Source of the DNA: an uncultured Planctomycetia bacterium
GTDB lineage: Bacteria; Omnitrophota; Gorgyraeia; 2-02-FULL-51-18
Direction: 5' to 3'
Assembly: GCA_964642015.1 (NCBI GenBank)
Contig: CAZXLF010000002.1
Location: 223,678-287,677, forward strand
Length of the DNA: 64,000 bases
The notes beneath the pieces are model-generated. The model was not told where the DNA came from, searched no databases, and saw only the letters and a list, made by a program, of their open reading frames with translations. The position numbers and the translations under genes are program-made. Position 1 is the first letter of the stretch. Each line of letters begins with the position of its first letter. This document shows positions 38,621-51,403 of this stretch, piece after piece.

Positions 38621-38684
38621 TTTTTTGTGTTTGTTGCTATAATAATATTAAATAAGCTGGGGCTATCTTAAGGGGGAAAGGTAA

Positions 38685-39875
38685 ATGTCCAAAGAAAAAT
38701 TCGAACGCACTAAACCTCACGTCAATATCGGAACCATCGGCCACGTAGATCACGGCAAGACGACTCTCACCGCAGCCATCACCACGGTATTGTCCAAGAA
38801 AGGTTTAGCCGAAGCCCGTGCATTCGATACGATCGATAACGCCCCTGAGGAAAGAGAAAGAGGTATCACGATCGCAGTCTCTCACGTGGAATACCAGACA
38901 GAAAAGCGCCATTACGCGCACGTGGATTGCCCGGGTCATGCGGACTATATCAAGAACATGATCACCGGAGCCGCCCAGATGGACGGAGCCATTCTCGTAG
39001 TATCTGCTGCGGACGGCCCGATGCCTCAGACAAGAGAGCATATCCTTCTAGCCCGTCAAGTTGGTGTTCCCGCCATCGTTGTTTTCTTAAATAAATGCGA
39101 TACCGTAGATGACAAAGAACTTTTAGACCTGGTTGAAGTTGAAGTAAGAGAACTTCTTACAAAATACCAATTCCCCGGAGACAAGATCCCCGTTATCCGT
39201 GGATCCGCCTTAAACGCTTTGAATAACCCCACAGATCCCAAGCACAACCAATGCATCATGGACTTAATGAAGGCCGTTGATGATTATGTTCCCACACCCA
39301 AGAGAGAGGTTGATAAACCATTCCTCATGCCTGTGGAAGACGTATTCTCGATCACAGGAAGAGGCACCGTCGGGACAGGCCGTATTGAAAGAGGTGCTTG
39401 CAAGGTAGGAGATGAAGTCGAAGTGGTAGGTATTCACCCCACTAAGAAAACCGTCATCACCGGTATTGAAATGTTCCGTAAGCTCCTAGATGATGGCCAA
39501 GCCGGAGATAACGTCGGCCTTCTTCTAAGAGGTATTGAAAAGAACCAATTAGAAAGAGGCCAAGTCCTTGCTAAGCCGGCCTCTATCACTCCTCACACCA
39601 AGTTTAAAGGTGAAGTCTACATCCTCACCAAAGAAGAGGGAGGCAGACACACCGCCTTCTTTAACGGTTACAAACCACAGTTTTATTTTAGAACAACAGA
39701 CGTGACAGGCATTATCCAGCTCCCCAAAGACGTTGAGATGGTCATGCCCGGAGATTCCGTCACCGTCACCGCAGAACTCATCACTCCGATCGCGATGGAG
39801 AAGGAACTCAGATTCGCCATCCGTGAAGGCGGCCGTACTGTCGGCGCCGGAGTCATCTCGGAGATATTGGGGTAG
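38685..39875 (+). CDS. tuf: Elongation factor Tu, copy 1
   Basis: [20 protein letters not shown] and [10 protein letters not shown]. Confidence 0.99.
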   Translation: MSKEKFERTKPHVNIGTIGHVDHGKTTLTAAITTVLSKKGLAEARAFDTIDNAPEERERGITIAVSHVEYQTEKRHYAHVDCPGHADYIKNMITGAAQMDGAILVVSAADGPMPQTREHILLARQVGVPAIVVFLNKCDTVDDKELLDLVEVEVRELLTKYQFPGDKIPVIRGSALNALNNPTDPKHNQCIMDLMKAVDDYVPTPKREVDKPFLMPVEDVFSITGRGTVGTGRIERGACKVGDEVEVVGIHPTKKTVITGIEMFRKLLDDGQAGDNVGLLLRGIEKNQLERGQVLAKPASITPHTKFKGEVYILTKEEGGRHTAFFNGYKPQFYFRTTDVTGIIQLPKDVEMVMPGDSVTVTAELITPIAMEKELRFAIREGGRTVGAGVISEILG

Positions 39876-39880
39876 TAGTA

Positions 39881-40030
39881 ATGCGAGAGTTTATTCAGTT
39901 TGAATGCACAGGATGCAAGAGACGTAATTACACTTCTAATAAAAACAAGAAGTTGCATCCCGAGCGTATTGAAATAAAAAAGTTTTGTCCCTTTTGCCGC
40001 AAACATACCGGTCATAAGGAACTAAAGTAA
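39881..40030 (+). CDS. rpmG: 50S ribosomal protein L33 (Zn-binding type); missing from the ORF track
   Basis: Manual translation [49 protein letters not shown]. Confidence 0.95.
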   Translation: MREFIQFECTGCKRRNYTSNKNKKLHPERIEIKKFCPFCRKHTGHKELK

Positions 40031-40123
40031 GTCATTAAGTACATAGCGAAATAATCGGATTTGTAAAAAATCCTGAAGAAGGGTTTTTATTTCTTTTTTT
40101 ATATCGATTATTAAAAAGTTTTT

Positions 40124-40197
40124 AGGCCAGTAGCTCCAATTGGTAGAGCAGCGGTCTCCAAAACCGCCTGTTGGGGGTTCGAGTCCCTCCTGGCCTG
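40124..40197 (+). tRNA. tRNA-Trp(CCA)
   Basis: Acceptor AGGCCAG/CTGGCCT, GCGGT-CTCCAAA-ACCGC; usual position before secE; CCA tail not encoded. Confidence 0.95.
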
Positions 40198-40219
40198 GGA
40201 CTAGAGTGACAGGGATGTT

Positions 40220-40405
40220 ATGGTAGACAAGATTAAGAACTTCTTCAGTGAAGTAAGGGCCGAGATGCAAAAAGTCACTTGGCCGACTCGTGAAGAGCTG
40301 GTCGGTTCGACCGGCGTGGTATTGATGACGATGTTCATTTTATCAACATTCATTGGCATAGCCGATTTTGTTCTGTCGTATGTGCTTGCAGTTATTATGA
40401 GGTAG
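40220..40405 (+). CDS. secE: Preprotein translocase subunit SecE
   Basis: EMQKVTWPTREE plus one TM helix. Confidence 0.95.
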   Translation: MVDKIKNFFSEVRAEMQKVTWPTREELVGSTGVVLMTMFILSTFIGIADFVLSYVLAVIMR

Positions 40406-40414
40406 ATCAAGGTT

Positions 40415-40954
40415 GTGGTTGCAATGACTAAGCAGTGGTATGTGATCCATACCCAAACGGGGCATGAGGAGAGGGTGAAGACGACCCTCGAAAGTAGGGC
40501 CCAGCAATACAGTTTACAGGAAAAGATATTACAGGTTTTGATCCCGATGGAAAAGGTTTCAGAGATCAAAGCTGGAAAAAAGAAAATATCCACCAGAAAA
40601 TTTTTCCCCGGGTATGTGCTTGTTGAAATGGAATTGAACGATGAGACTTGGTATTTGGTAAAAAATACCCCGGGCGTCAGCGGGTTCATTGGTTCCGGAA
40701 GAAAACCGTTACCGCTCAAAGAGTCTGAAGTCGCGACGATCATCAAGCAGGCCGAAGAGAAGAAAGAGAAACCGACGCCGAAGGTTATTTTTGAAAAAGG
40801 TGAAAGCATCCGGGTTAAAGAAGGTCCTTTCGTGAATTTTAACGGCATTATTGAAGAGGTCAATCCAAATAAAGGGAAGCTTAAGGTGATGGTCGCAATA
40901 TTCGGGCGTACGACGCCGGTCGAATTAGAGTATTGGCAAGTGGAGAAGATCTAA
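40415..40954 (+). CDS. nusG: Transcription antitermination factor NusG
   Basis: WYVIHT, FFPGYVLVEM, KOW GPFVNF and FGRTTPVEL; start GTG 40415 or ATG 40424. Confidence 0.97.
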   Translation: MVAMTKQWYVIHTQTGHEERVKTTLESRAQQYSLQEKILQVLIPMEKVSEIKAGKKKISTRKFFPGYVLVEMELNDETWYLVKNTPGVSGFIGSGRKPLPLKESEVATIIKQAEEKKEKPTPKVIFEKGESIRVKEGPFVNFNGIIEEVNPNKGKLKVMVAIFGRTTPVELEYWQVEKI

Positions 40955-41380
40955 ATGGCAAAAAAGGTTAAAACGACTATCAAGCTCTATTGTCCTGCAG
41001 GCCAGGCTAATCCTGCTCCTCCGGTCGGTCCGGCGCTTGGTCAGCATGGTGTGAACATTATGGATTTTTGCAAACAGTTCAACGAACGAACCAAGGGCCG
41101 CGAAGGTTTAACGTTGCCCGCGATCATTACCGTGTATGAGGATCGCACTTTTGATTTCATCATTAAAAGCGCTCCCAGCACAGTGCTGTTAAAACGGGCT
41201 GCCGGCGTTGCCAAAGCATCCGGTGAGCCCAATAAAACTAAAGTGGGTAAGATCACATTGGCTCAAGCCAAAGAAGTCGCCGAAGAAAAAGCCAAGGATC
41301 TTAATTCGAAAGATATGGAAGGTGCGCTAAAAATAATCAGGGGGACGGCTCGCAGTATGGGGATAGAGGTCGAGGGTTAA
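40955..41380 (+). CDS. rplK: 50S ribosomal protein L11
   Basis: [15 protein letters not shown] and GTARSMG. Confidence 0.98.
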   Translation: MAKKVKTTIKLYCPAGQANPAPPVGPALGQHGVNIMDFCKQFNERTKGREGLTLPAIITVYEDRTFDFIIKSAPSTVLLKRAAGVAKASGEPNKTKVGKITLAQAKEVAEEKAKDLNSKDMEGALKIIRGTARSMGIEVEG

Positions 41381-41381
41381 A

Positions 41382-42098
41382 ATGGGTAAAAGAATTTCAA
41401 AGAGGAACAAGGAGCTTGCTAAGTTAACGGAAAAAAGCAAGTCGTATCTTCTTAAGGATGCGATCAAAATTTTAAAGAATGCTCCGAAAACCAAATTCGA
41501 TCAGTCGGTCGAATTACAATGCAAATTGGGTGTCGATTTAACGGCCAATGATCAAGTGGTCCGCGGAACTGTTGTGTTGCCTCACGGTCAGGGAAAAAAA
41601 TTACGCGTCATTGTTTTTTGCAAAGATGAAAATGTTAAAGCTGCCGAACAGGCCGGCGCCGACGTTGTGGGCGGAGACGAACTTATTGAAAAAGTGCTTG
41701 GAGGCTGGACTGATTTTGACGTTGCGGTCGCTACTCCGACAATGATGAAAGATGTTGGAAAATTAGGCAAAGTGCTTGGTCCGCGCGGGCTAATGCCGTC
41801 TCCGAAAGCGGGTACAGTCACAGACAATCCCGCGAAAGCCGTGAAAGAAGTGAAGAGCGGCCGTGTTGAGTTTAAGATGGACAAGTTTGCGAATGTAAAC
41901 ACGCTGATCGGTAAATTATCTTTTTCTGATGATGCTCTAGCGGAAAACGGCACGGTGCTAGTGGAGTCGCTTGTTAAAGCACGACCAAAATCATTAAAAG
42001 GTACGTTCATCAAAAGTGCGCATGTGTCCAGTACGATGGGCCCAGGCATACGCCTTGATTTGACAAAATATTTGAAGCTGGAAGAAACGAACGATTAA
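41382..42098 (+). CDS. rplA: 50S ribosomal protein L1
   Basis: RGTVVLPHG, LGPRGLMPSPK and STMGPG. Confidence 0.98.
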   Translation: MGKRISKRNKELAKLTEKSKSYLLKDAIKILKNAPKTKFDQSVELQCKLGVDLTANDQVVRGTVVLPHGQGKKLRVIVFCKDENVKAAEQAGADVVGGDELIEKVLGGWTDFDVAVATPTMMKDVGKLGKVLGPRGLMPSPKAGTVTDNPAKAVKEVKSGRVEFKMDKFANVNTLIGKLSFSDDALAENGTVLVESLVKARPKSLKGTFIKSAHVSSTMGPGIRLDLTKYLKLEETND

Positions 42099-42117
42099 TT
42101 ATTAAGGATTCACGGAA

Positions 42118-42654
42118 ATGAAAGAAACAGGATATAGCCGCGTATCAAAGAATTTGATCATTAAGCAGATCGAAAAAGAGTTAAGTGAAAGATCCACTTT
42201 TTTTATTACACAGCATGGCGGCGTGTCAGCGGTTTCGCTCGATAAGTTAAGAACCAAGCTTCGCGGGGCAAATTCGCGTTACATGGTCATGAAAAATAGT
42301 CTGGGTCGCCGCGCATTAAACAAGGGGCAGTTTTCATCTCTCAGCGAAAATATGACCGGCGCTTGCGGGATCGCATTTTCAAGCGGTGATCCGGTGCTTT
42401 CTTCGAAGATTTTGATGGATTTTTCGAAAGAGAATGAGAATTTCAAAGTTCAATCCGGTTTTATCGATGGAACTTTGATAGGGGCGGAGCAGATCAAAGC
42501 ATTGGCGAGTTTACCTTCGAGAGAGATCTTGATCGCGAAGGTTGTCGGAGGCGTTCAGGCTCCGATATCAAGATTTGTAAATGTATTGTCAGGCACTGTC
42601 CGCAGGATCGTGACAGTCCTTGATGCGATTGCCAAGAAAAAAGGCAGCGCATAA
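42118..42654 (+). CDS. rplJ: 50S ribosomal protein L10
   Basis: LRTKLR, KNSL and LASLPSRE; position between rplA and rplL. Confidence 0.93.
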   Translation: MKETGYSRVSKNLIIKQIEKELSERSTFFITQHGGVSAVSLDKLRTKLRGANSRYMVMKNSLGRRALNKGQFSSLSENMTGACGIAFSSGDPVLSSKILMDFSKENENFKVQSGFIDGTLIGAEQIKALASLPSREILIAKVVGGVQAPISRFVNVLSGTVRRIVTVLDAIAKKKGSA

Positions 42655-42697
42655 ATTTTGTCAATAAAGGTGTAATCATAAAAGTGAGGAACAAACA

Positions 42698-43114
42698 ATG
42701 ACACAGGCAGTAGAAGCACAAAAAAGTGGCAAGGCGCAGGAAATTATCAGCTCAATCGAAACATTGAGCGTTCTTGAACTTGCAGATCTAGTGAAAGCGT
42801 TGGAAGAGAAGTTCGGCGTATCAGCGAGCGCTCCGATGATGGTTGGTGCAGTAGCTGGGGCGGCCGGCGCGGCGGGTGGCGGAGCGGCTGCTGCCGAAGA
42901 GAAATCTTCGGTCACGATCGTTCTAAAGAACGCCGGTACGAATAAGATCCAGGTGATCAAGGAGATCCGCGCGATCACGACCCTTGGTCTGAAAGAGGCG
43001 AAGGATCTCGTTGATGCAGCGCCAAAGCCTATCAAGGATAATGTGGCTCTGAAAGATGCCGAGGCGATCAAGAAAACTCTTGAAGCCGCGGGTGCTACGA
43101 TCGAATTTAAATAA
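42698..43114 (+). CDS. rplL: 50S ribosomal protein L7/L12
   Basis: EEKFGVSA, Ala/Gly hinge, KIQVIKEIR and [10 protein letters not shown]. Confidence 0.97.
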   Translation: MTQAVEAQKSGKAQEIISSIETLSVLELADLVKALEEKFGVSASAPMMVGAVAGAAGAAGGGAAAAEEKSSVTIVLKNAGTNKIQVIKEIRAITTLGLKEAKDLVDAAPKPIKDNVALKDAEAIKKTLEAAGATIEFK

Positions 43115-43230
43115 ATAGTTTTATCGCTATAAGCCGTTCTGTTAGGTGGTTCAATCTCTTTTTCAAAGGATTGCATTCTCTTAATCGTAGGGCAAACAGG
43201 TTCTTATCAAATTAGATAGAGGGTCTTTTA

Positions 43231-46200
43231 ATGCAAAAACGTATCAGTTTTGGCAAAATTCCTGAAATTTGTGAAATGCCTCATTTGGTCGAGATTCAGA
43301 CCAAATCTTATGATGAGTTTCTTCAGATAGGTGTTCCTAAGAGCCGTCGCAAGAATATAGGGCTTCAAGAGGTTTTTCAGGAAGTGTTTCCTATCGAAAG
43401 TTATGATGGAAAATACAAACTGGAATACGTCTCTTATGTGCTCGGTAAACCGAAATATTCGCTTGAGGAATGCCATAAAAAAAGCATGACCTATTCAGTC
43501 CCTCTTAAGGTGAAAGTGCGCTTGAAAAGCGCAAGCGAGACCAAAGAACAGGAGATCTTCATCGGGGATCTTCCGCTCATGACCGATAACGGCACATTCA
43601 TTATCAATGGGGATGAACGCGTTATTGTCAGTCAGCTGCACCGCTCACCTGGCGTGTCGTTTGAAAAGTCCCTGCATCCAAACGGAAAAATGCTCCATTC
43701 AGCCCGCATCATCCCTCATCGCGGAGTTTGGCTCGAATTCGAATTTGATATCAATGATACGCTTTACGCATATATCGACCGCAAGAAAAAGATCTTGGCT
43801 ACGACGCTGCTCAGGGTTTTTGGATATGATACGGACGAGTCGATCATCAAAGCGTTTTGTGGTATTGAGAAAATAGAATCGATCAACCGTTATAATCCAA
43901 AAAATCTTATTGGTCATACATTGGCCCAAAATGTAGAACATCCTGATACAAAGGAATTGATCGCGGAACAGGGAGCGCCTTTGACTCGCGAGTTGTTAAA
44001 TAAGATATCAAGCGAAGGCGTCAAGACCATCATGATCATGCGCACTGAATCTCCTGAGATCGTTGCAACACTTAAGAAAGACCACACCAAATCGGTTGAA
44101 GAAGCTTTCATTGATATATATAGGAAATTAAGGCCTGGCGATCCACCCACGGCCGATAGCGCCAAGACTATGGCGGAGCGTTTATTTTTTGATGCGAAGC
44201 GTTATGATCTCGGAGCGGTCGGACGTTTTGTATTGAACCGCAAGCTTGGCATGAAGGTGGATCTCGAGAAGAGGACATTAGATTCCGAGACATTGGTAAC
44301 AATTATCAAAAGGCTTTTAGCTGTTAAAAATGGCGACGGCGACACCGATGATATCGATCATTTAGGAAACCGCCGTATTCGTACCGTGAGCGAGCTTCTT
44401 CAAGGTCAGTTCAGGATCGGTTTGGCGCGTCTTGAACGTTCAGCGAAAGAGAGAATGGGCATTTACGATCTTGAAAATATGATGCCACATAATTTGATCA
44501 ATTCAAAATTGATCTCGAGCGTTATACGCGACTTTTTCGGAAGAAGCCAGCTTTCTCAGTTCATGGACCAGACCAATCCTTTGGCTGAAATGACCCACAA
44601 GCGTCGTTTAAGCGCTTTAGGTCCCGGAGGTCTTTCACGCGAGCGTGCGGGTTTTGAGGTTCGCGACGTACATCATTCTCACTATGGCCGTATTTGTCCT
44701 ATTGAAACGCCGGAAGGTCCAAATATCGGACTCATTGCTTCTTTGAGCACACATGCGCGCGTGAATGAGTATGGTTTTATAGAAACTCCGTATCGCAAAG
44801 TCGAAAATGGACGAGTCACAGAGAAGATCGAATATTTGTCCGCAGACCTTGAAGATCAATTTATTATCGCTCAAGCGAACGCGAAGCTTGATAAAAACGG
44901 TTATTTTGCAGAATCCAAAGTCTCTTGCCGTCACAAAGGTGATTTTCCGCTCACGAGCCCTAAGGACATTGACTACATGGACGTCTCACCGAAGCAGCTT
45001 GTCAGTGTGGCCGCAAGTCTGATCCCATTTTTAGAGCATGACGATGCGAACCGCGCGCTCATGGGTTCTAACATGCAGCGTCAAGCGGTGCCTTTGCTCA
45101 TTACTGAAGCGCCTTTAGTGGGGACCGGTATGGAATATCGTACAGCAAAAGATTCGGGCGCTGTTATTGTTGCTCAGGAAGAAGGAAAAGTTACGGGCGT
45201 ACAGGCTGATGAGATCGTGGTCAGCGGCCGTAAGTATCCGCTTAGAAAATTCAAGAGGTCTAATGCCAGCACGAGCATCAATCAACGTCCGATCGTGGAA
45301 TTGGGCGATAAGATCAAAAAAGGTCAAGTGATCGCTGACGGTGCTGCAACACGGAATGGTGAGTTGGCGCTTGGACGCAATGTTCTTGTCGCTTTCATGC
45401 CGTGGAGAGGATACAACTTCGAAGACGCGATCCTGATCAGTGAGAAATTGGTTTACAACGACGTTTATACTTCGGTTCATATTGAGGAATTTGAAATTGA
45501 ATCGCGCGATACTCGTTTAGGAAAGGAAGAAATCACTCGCGATATTCCAAATGTCGGCGAAGAAGCTCTTAAAGACCTTGGCGAGGACGGGATCATTCGT
45601 ATTGGTGCTGAAGTGGGGCCTGGCGATATTCTTGTCGGGAAGGTGACTCCGAAGTCTGAAACTGAACTTTCTCCTGAAGAAAAACTTCTGCGTGCGATTT
45701 TCGGAGAAAAAGCGGGCGATGTGCGCGATGCGTCGCTAACGGTTCCGCCTGGCGTGGAAGGCATTGTCACGGAGATTAAAGTTTTCTCGCGTAAGGGTCA
45801 GGAGGCGAAATCAAAAGAAGTCAAAGCTAAGGAACTAAAGGAAATAGAAGCGATCAAGGAGTTCTACGAATCGCAGATCAAGCAGATCGAAGAAGATAAG
45901 ATCCATAAACTTTCCGGCCTTCTCGTCGGCCAAGAACTTGCAACGAGTCTTTTGGATGCTGAAAGTGGAGCGGTCCTGGTGGCGCGTGGTAAGACGATTA
46001 AGAAATCTGATCTCAGTAAGATCAGTCGTGCGGATATCGAGAGCATCAAGTTGGAAGATTCTGAGGAGACCGAAGAATCGATCAAGCGTATCTGCAAACT
46101 GATGGATGATCAGATCGAAGAGCTTCGCTACGAAGAAGACAGGGAGATCGATAAGATCAAGCGCGGCGATGAATTGCCTCCGGGAGTTCTGAAGCGCGTC

Positions 46201-46953
46201 AAAGTGTTGGTCGCTAACAAGAGAAAAATTTCAGTCGGTGATAAGATGGCCGGCCGTCATGGCAATAAAGGTATTATTGCCAAGATCATGCATGAGGAAG
46301 ACATGCCTTTCCTCGAGGACGGAACACCCGTAGATATCGTTTTAAATCCGCTCGGCGTTCCTTCGCGTATGAATGTGGGTCAGATTCTCGAAACGCATCT
46401 CGGATGGGCCGCGAAAAAATTGGGTTACAGCATTGCAACGCCGGTGTTTGACGGAGCGGCTGAAGCTGAAATCAAAGAGGAAATGAAGAAAGCGAAGATA
46501 CCCTTTAACGGTAAGGTGACTTTGCGCGATGGCCGCAGCGGAGAGAGATTTGACCAGCAAGTGACCGTTGGCTACATCTATATGTTGAAACTTGCGCATT
46601 TGGTGGACGATAAGATCCACGCTCGATCCATCGGGCCTTATTCTCTGGTCACTCAACAGCCGTTAGGCGGTAAAGCCCAATTCGGCGGTCAGAGATTCGG
46701 AGAAATGGAAGTCTGGGCGCTTGAGGCATACGGTGCGGCTTATACATTGCAGGAACTTTTGACCGTGAAAAGCGACGACGTCCAGGGAAGGACTCGTATG
46801 TATGAATCGATCGTCAAAGGTGAGAACGCTCTGCAGGCTGACACGCCGGAATCTTTCAATGTGTTGCTAAAGGAACTTCAATCATTGGCATTGGATATCA
46901 GAACCGAAAAGAAATCAGAAACGAAAGAGGGCGACAGTGAAGAACGGTTATAA
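43231..46953 (+). CDS. rpoB: RNA polymerase beta subunit
   Basis: [31 protein letters not shown] and GGQRFGEME. Confidence 0.99.
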   Translation: MQKRISFGKIPEICEMPHLVEIQTKSYDEFLQIGVPKSRRKNIGLQEVFQEVFPIESYDGKYKLEYVSYVLGKPKYSLEECHKKSMTYSVPLKVKVRLKSASETKEQEIFIGDLPLMTDNGTFIINGDERVIVSQLHRSPGVSFEKSLHPNGKMLHSARIIPHRGVWLEFEFDINDTLYAYIDRKKKILATTLLRVFGYDTDESIIKAFCGIEKIESINRYNPKNLIGHTLAQNVEHPDTKELIAEQGAPLTRELLNKISSEGVKTIMIMRTESPEIVATLKKDHTKSVEEAFIDIYRKLRPGDPPTADSAKTMAERLFFDAKRYDLGAVGRFVLNRKLGMKVDLEKRTLDSETLVTIIKRLLAVKNGDGDTDDIDHLGNRRIRTVSELLQGQFRIGLARLERSAKERMGIYDLENMMPHNLINSKLISSVIRDFFGRSQLSQFMDQTNPLAEMTHKRRLSALGPGGLSRERAGFEVRDVHHSHYGRICPIETPEGPNIGLIASLSTHARVNEYGFIETPYRKVENGRVTEKIEYLSADLEDQFIIAQANAKLDKNGYFAESKVSCRHKGDFPLTSPKDIDYMDVSPKQLVSVAASLIPFLEHDDANRALMGSNMQRQAVPLLITEAPLVGTGMEYRTAKDSGAVIVAQEEGKVTGVQADEIVVSGRKYPLRKFKRSNASTSINQRPIVELGDKIKKGQVIADGAATRNGELALGRNVLVAFMPWRGYNFEDAILISEKLVYNDVYTSVHIEEFEIESRDTRLGKEEITRDIPNVGEEALKDLGEDGIIRIGAEVGPGDILVGKVTPKSETELSPEEKLLRAIFGEKAGDVRDASLTVPPGVEGIVTEIKVFSRKGQEAKSKEVKAKELKEIEAIKEFYESQIKQIEEDKIHKLSGLLVGQELATSLLDAESGAVLVARGKTIKKSDLSKISRADIESIKLEDSEETEESIKRICKLMDDQIEELRYEEDREIDKIKRGDELPPGVLKRVKVLVANKRKISVGDKMAGRHGNKGIIAKIMHEEDMPFLEDGTPVDIVLNPLGVPSRMNVGQILETHLGWAAKKLGYSIATPVFDGAAEAEIKEEMKKAKIPFNGKVTLRDGRSGERFDQQVTVGYIYMLKLAHLVDDKIHARSIGPYSLVTQQPLGGKAQFGGQRFGEMEVWALEAYGAAYTLQELLTVKSDDVQGRTRMYESIVKGENALQADTPESFNVLLKELQSLALDIRTEKKSETKEGDSEERL

Positions 46954-49900
46954 CCAGACAAGCGAATACGTTCCGCCGAGTTTTGATTACATTTCGATAA
47001 AGATCGCTTCATCCGACGTGGTCCGCTCATGGTCGCGCGGTGAAGTAAAAAAACCCGAAACGATCAATTATCGTACTTTCAAACCGGAAAAAGACGGTCT
47101 TTTCTGCGAAAAAATATTCGGGCCGACACGGGATTGGGAATGCAATTGCGGAAAATACAAGCGCATCAAGCATAAGGGCATTGTCTGCGACCGTTGCGGC
47201 GTGGAAGTCACACTGTCTAAAGTCCGCCGCGAGCGAATGGGACACATCGATCTCGCTACACCCGTTTCTCATATTTGGTTCTTCAAGGCTGTTCCTTCTC
47301 GTCTTGGCGCGATCCTTGAGCTTAATCTGAGAGAGCTCGAAAGAATTATTTATTATGAAGAGTATATCGTGATCGAACCGGGAGACACTCCTTTAAAGAA
47401 GGGGGATCTTCTCTCCGAAGAGAAATATCAGTCGATGGTGGATAATTACGGCCACAAATTTGTCGCGAAAATGGGCGCCGAAGCGATCCGTGATTTGATC
47501 CGCGAAGTCAATATCGAAAAATTGAATACGAAGCTCCATGCGGAGCTGAAGCAATCCAAGAGCGAAGCGACACAGAGAAAGATCATCAAGAATCTGCGCA
47601 TCGTGGAATCATTCATGAAGTCCGGCAACGATCCGGAATGGATGATCTTGGACGTGATCCCCGTGATTCCGCCGGACCTTCGTCCGCTTGTTCCGCTCGA
47701 CGGAGGGCGTTTTGCCACCAGCGATCTGAACGATCTTTATCGCCGCGTGATCAATCGAAATAACCGTTTGAAAAAACTTTTAGAGCTCAGAGCCCCCGAA
47801 GTCATTATCCGCAACGAAAAAAGAATGCTTCAAGAGGCCGTTGATGCGTTGTTTGATAACGGACGTCATGGCCGTCCGGTGCTTGGATCGGGAAATCGTC
47901 CGCTGAAAAGTCTCAGCGACATGTTAAAAGGTAAGCAGGGAAGATTTCGTCAAAATCTTCTCGGTAAAAGAGTCGATTATTCCGGCCGTTCAGTAATTGT
48001 TGTCGGCCCTGAATTGAAACTTCATCAATGCGGTTTGCCGAAAAAGATGGCGCTCGAACTTTTCGAGCCGTTCATCATCAAGAAGCTGAGAGAGCGTGGA
48101 TTCGTTCATACGATCAAGAGCGCCAAACGTATGGTGGAAAAAGAAAGATTGGAAGTTTGGGATATTCTCGAAGAGGTGATCAAGAACCATCCGGTGATGT
48201 TAAACCGCGCACCGACGCTTCACCGTCTGGGCATTCAGGCGTTTGAACCGGTGCTGGTCGAGGGTAAGGCTATCCGTATCCATCCGCTAGTTTGTGCGGC
48301 GTTCAACGCAGATTTCGACGGAGACCAAATGGCCGTGCACGTTCCGCTTTCACTTGAAGCGCAGATCGAGTGCCGCATTCTTCTTATGTCGATCAACAAT
48401 ATCTTTTCACCTGCCGATGGCCGGCCTGTCGCAACACCGAGTCAGGACGTCGTTTTGGGCTGCTATTATTTGTCGAAAGAAAAGAAAGGCGCCAAGGGTG
48501 AAGGGATCATTTTCTCCAATCCTAATGAAGTGATTACCGCTTATTCGGATAAAGAAGTGGAGCTTCATGCGTCGATCAAAGTCCGCGTAGACGGAAAACT
48601 GATCGAAACGACCACGGGTCGTGTAATATTTAATCAAGTGCTTCCGGAGAGCGTGCCTTTCTTCAATGCGCTTCTAACAAAATCTAAATTGAATTCCGTG
48701 ATTGCGGATTCCTATAAGCGCGTAGGTCATCACAGGACGATCCAGCTTTTGGACGATCTGAAGGACCTTGGTTTTGAGTATGCGACACTTGCGGGTATTT
48801 CGATTGCACTTGATGATCTTCGCATTCCAAGCAAGAAGATCATTTTCATTGATAAAGCCCAGGAAAAAGTGGCGAAAGTTGAAGAGCAATACCGCCGCGG
48901 TGTGATCACAGAGGGTGAGCGGTACAACAATATCATTGATATCTGGACACAGACGACCGATGAAGTTGCTGACGGTGTTTTTGCGGAGCTTGATATCTTC
49001 AATCCTATTTTCATGATGGCTGACTCCGGTGCTCGAGGATCCAAACAACAGATCCGTCAGCTTGCCGGTATGAGAGGTCTGATGGCCAAGCCTTCGGGCG
49101 AGATCATCGAGAGCCCGATCAAGGCCAATTTCCGCGAGGGGCTGACGATGTTGGAATATTTCATCTCTACTCACGGCGCAAGAAAAGGTCTGGCGGATAC
49201 CGCTTTGAAGACGGCCGATTCGGGTTATTTAACAAGAAGATTGGTTGACGTTGCGCAAGATGTGATTATTAATCAAGAAGATTGCGGTACTGTCAAAGGC
49301 ATCTTTATTGAAGCGATCGTTGAAGGCGACGAGATCGTGGTTCCTCTGCGAGAGAGGATCATCGGTCGTGTAGCGCTTGATAATATCGTGGATGTTGTCA
49401 CTGATAGTGTGATCGTTGAAGCCAATCAAGAGATCAACGATGATATGGCGAAGCAAGTCGAAGAGGCGGGTATTGACAAGATCAAGATCCGTTCGGTGTT
49501 GACCTGCGAGTCCAAGCGCGGTGTGTGCGCGAAGTGTTATGGAAGAAATCTCGCGACAGGCCGCTTGGTTGAACTTGGCGAAGCAGTAGGTATCATTGCC
49601 GCGCAATCCATCGGCGAGCCGGGGACTCAGCTGACCATGAGAACATTCCATATCGGTGGTACTGCGAGCAGAACCGTTGCCGAGTCCTCGATCAAAGCTA
49701 AGAACAACGGTATTATCAAATACCACAATTTAAAAACGGTCGAAGTTAAGAATGGTAATTTTGTTATTTTGAACCGCAACGGCCAAGTTTCCATTCATGA
49801 TGATTCCGGCAGAGAGCTTGAGCGTCACGCGGTGCCTCACGGCGGTTATCTCAAAGTCCAGGACGGCGGAAAACTCCAGAAGGGCCAGGTTTTCATCGAT

Positions 49901-51001
49901 TGGGATCCTTACACATCCTCGATATTCACTGAGGTCGAAGGTATTGTGAAGTATGAGGACATCATCGAGGAAGTCACGATGCATAAGCAGCTTGACGCAG
50001 CGACTGGAAATATTGAAAGAGTCATCATTGAACATCGCGGTGAACATCATCCGCAGATCTTGATCCTTGATTCAAAGAAGGATGTGCTTGCGATCTATCC
50101 AATCCCTTCAGGAGCTCATATTGTTGTCGATGACGGTGATAAGGTGCACGCAGGAGATCTTATCGCAAAGACACCGAGAAAAGTCACGAAGACCAAGGAT
50201 ATTACCGGTGGTCTTCCGCGTGTGGCCGAACTTTTTGAAGCGCGTCGCCCCAAAGATCCGGCGATTATTTCTGAAATTGACGGTATTGTCGAATTTGGAG
50301 AGACCAAAAAAGGTCATCGCCGCGTGATCGTTAAAAGCTCGACCGGAATGAAAAAAGAATATCTGATCGCCCATGGTAAGCATTTGAACGTTTATAAGGG
50401 CGATTTTGTGTTTTCCGGCCAGCAGTTGGTCGACGGTCCCGTTGTTCCTCAGGACATCTTAAGGATCAGCGGAGAAAGAAAACTCCAGGAATATCTCGTG
50501 AATGAGGTCCAGGAAGTTTACCGTTTGCAGGGTGTGACGATCAACGACAAGCATATCGAGGTGATCGTCAGGCAAATGCTCCGTAAAGTCCGCATTATGG
50601 ATGGCGGAGACACTGACTTTTTGGTCGGTATGCAGGTCGATCGATATAAGTTGCAGGAAGAAAATGAGCGTATCGAGAAATCCAAGAAAGAGGCGGCAAA
50701 GGCCGAACCGATACTTTTGGGGATCACGCGCGCTTCGTTGAGCACCGAAAGCTTTATCTCAGCCGCCAGTTTCCAAGAGACAACGCGCGTGCTTACAGAT
50801 GCAGCCGCTTCAGGAAAAAGAGATTACTTGCTTGGACTGAAAGAAAACGTTATCATGGGTCACCTTATTCCAGCCGGCACCGGTTTTGCCGGGCAGAGAC
50901 GTGTAGAAATTGTGCATCATTTGGAAGAAGAAACGAAGAAGAACAAAGCGTCGGATGGCGCTCAAAATGATGAACTTATAACAGAGGAAAAGAACACTTA
51001 A
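46937..51001 (+). CDS. rpoC: RNA polymerase beta' subunit
   Basis: NADFDGD, Zn-finger Cys residues and [13 protein letters not shown]; GTG start overlaps rpoB. Confidence 0.99.
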   Translation: MKNGYNQTSEYVPPSFDYISIKIASSDVVRSWSRGEVKKPETINYRTFKPEKDGLFCEKIFGPTRDWECNCGKYKRIKHKGIVCDRCGVEVTLSKVRRERMGHIDLATPVSHIWFFKAVPSRLGAILELNLRELERIIYYEEYIVIEPGDTPLKKGDLLSEEKYQSMVDNYGHKFVAKMGAEAIRDLIREVNIEKLNTKLHAELKQSKSEATQRKIIKNLRIVESFMKSGNDPEWMILDVIPVIPPDLRPLVPLDGGRFATSDLNDLYRRVINRNNRLKKLLELRAPEVIIRNEKRMLQEAVDALFDNGRHGRPVLGSGNRPLKSLSDMLKGKQGRFRQNLLGKRVDYSGRSVIVVGPELKLHQCGLPKKMALELFEPFIIKKLRERGFVHTIKSAKRMVEKERLEVWDILEEVIKNHPVMLNRAPTLHRLGIQAFEPVLVEGKAIRIHPLVCAAFNADFDGDQMAVHVPLSLEAQIECRILLMSINNIFSPADGRPVATPSQDVVLGCYYLSKEKKGAKGEGIIFSNPNEVITAYSDKEVELHASIKVRVDGKLIETTTGRVIFNQVLPESVPFFNALLTKSKLNSVIADSYKRVGHHRTIQLLDDLKDLGFEYATLAGISIALDDLRIPSKKIIFIDKAQEKVAKVEEQYRRGVITEGERYNNIIDIWTQTTDEVADGVFAELDIFNPIFMMADSGARGSKQQIRQLAGMRGLMAKPSGEIIESPIKANFREGLTMLEYFISTHGARKGLADTALKTADSGYLTRRLVDVAQDVIINQEDCGTVKGIFIEAIVEGDEIVVPLRERIIGRVALDNIVDVVTDSVIVEANQEINDDMAKQVEEAGIDKIKIRSVLTCESKRGVCAKCYGRNLATGRLVELGEAVGIIAAQSIGEPGTQLTMRTFHIGGTASRTVAESSIKAKNNGIIKYHNLKTVEVKNGNFVILNRNGQVSIHDDSGRELERHAVPHGGYLKVQDGGKLQKGQVFIDWDPYTSSIFTEVEGIVKYEDIIEEVTMHKQLDAATGNIERVIIEHRGEHHPQILILDSKKDVLAIYPIPSGAHIVVDDGDKVHAGDLIAKTPRKVTKTKDITGGLPRVAELFEARRPKDPAIISEIDGIVEFGETKKGHRRVIVKSSTGMKKEYLIAHGKHLNVYKGDFVFSGQQLVDGPVVPQDILRISGERKLQEYLVNEVQEVYRLQGVTINDKHIEVIVRQMLRKVRIMDGGDTDFLVGMQVDRYKLQEENERIEKSKKEAAKAEPILLGITRASLSTESFISAASFQETTRVLTDAAASGKRDYLLGLKENVIMGHLIPAGTGFAGQRRVEIVHHLEEETKKNKASDGAQNDELITEEKNT

Positions 51002-51004
51002 TCT

Positions 51005-51403
51005 ATGCCGACCATCAATCAATTAATTCGGTTTGGCCGTTCCAGTATCAAGGCCAAGACAAAATCTCCGGCGCTTGTGGGAAGCCCGCAAAAAAGGGGA
51101 GTTTGTCTGCAAGTTAAAACACAGACACCGAAAAAACCGAATTCGGCATTGAGAAAAGTAGCGCGCGTACGTTTGACGAACGGGATCGAAGTGACGGCTT
51201 ATATCCCCGGAGTCGGGCACAACTTGCAGGAACATTCGATCGTGACGATACGCGGCGGACGTGTGAAGGATCTGCCGGGTGTTCGTTATCACGTGGTGAG
51301 AGGAACTTTGGATACAGCGGGTGTTGCGGACAGACGCCGTTCGAGATCGAAATATGGCGCAAAGGCGCCCAAACAGGCGGACACAAAGGCGGTAAAGAAA
51401 TAA
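51005..51403 (+). CDS. rpsL: 30S ribosomal protein S12
   Basis: [17 protein letters not shown] and [11 protein letters not shown]. Confidence 0.99.
   Translation: MPTINQLIRFGRSSIKAKTKSPALVGSPQKRGVCLQVKTQTPKKPNSALRKVARVRLTNGIEVTAYIPGVGHNLQEHSIVTIRGGRVKDLPGVRYHVVRGTLDTAGVADRRRSRSKYGAKAPKQADTKAVKK

Noticed and set aside
44530-44640. Possible intrinsic antibiotic-resistance alleles in rpoB, rpsL and murA
   Set aside because: The rifampicin-region residues (Q, D, H, S), the S12 PKKPNS loop and the MurA catalytic Cys all look wild type.
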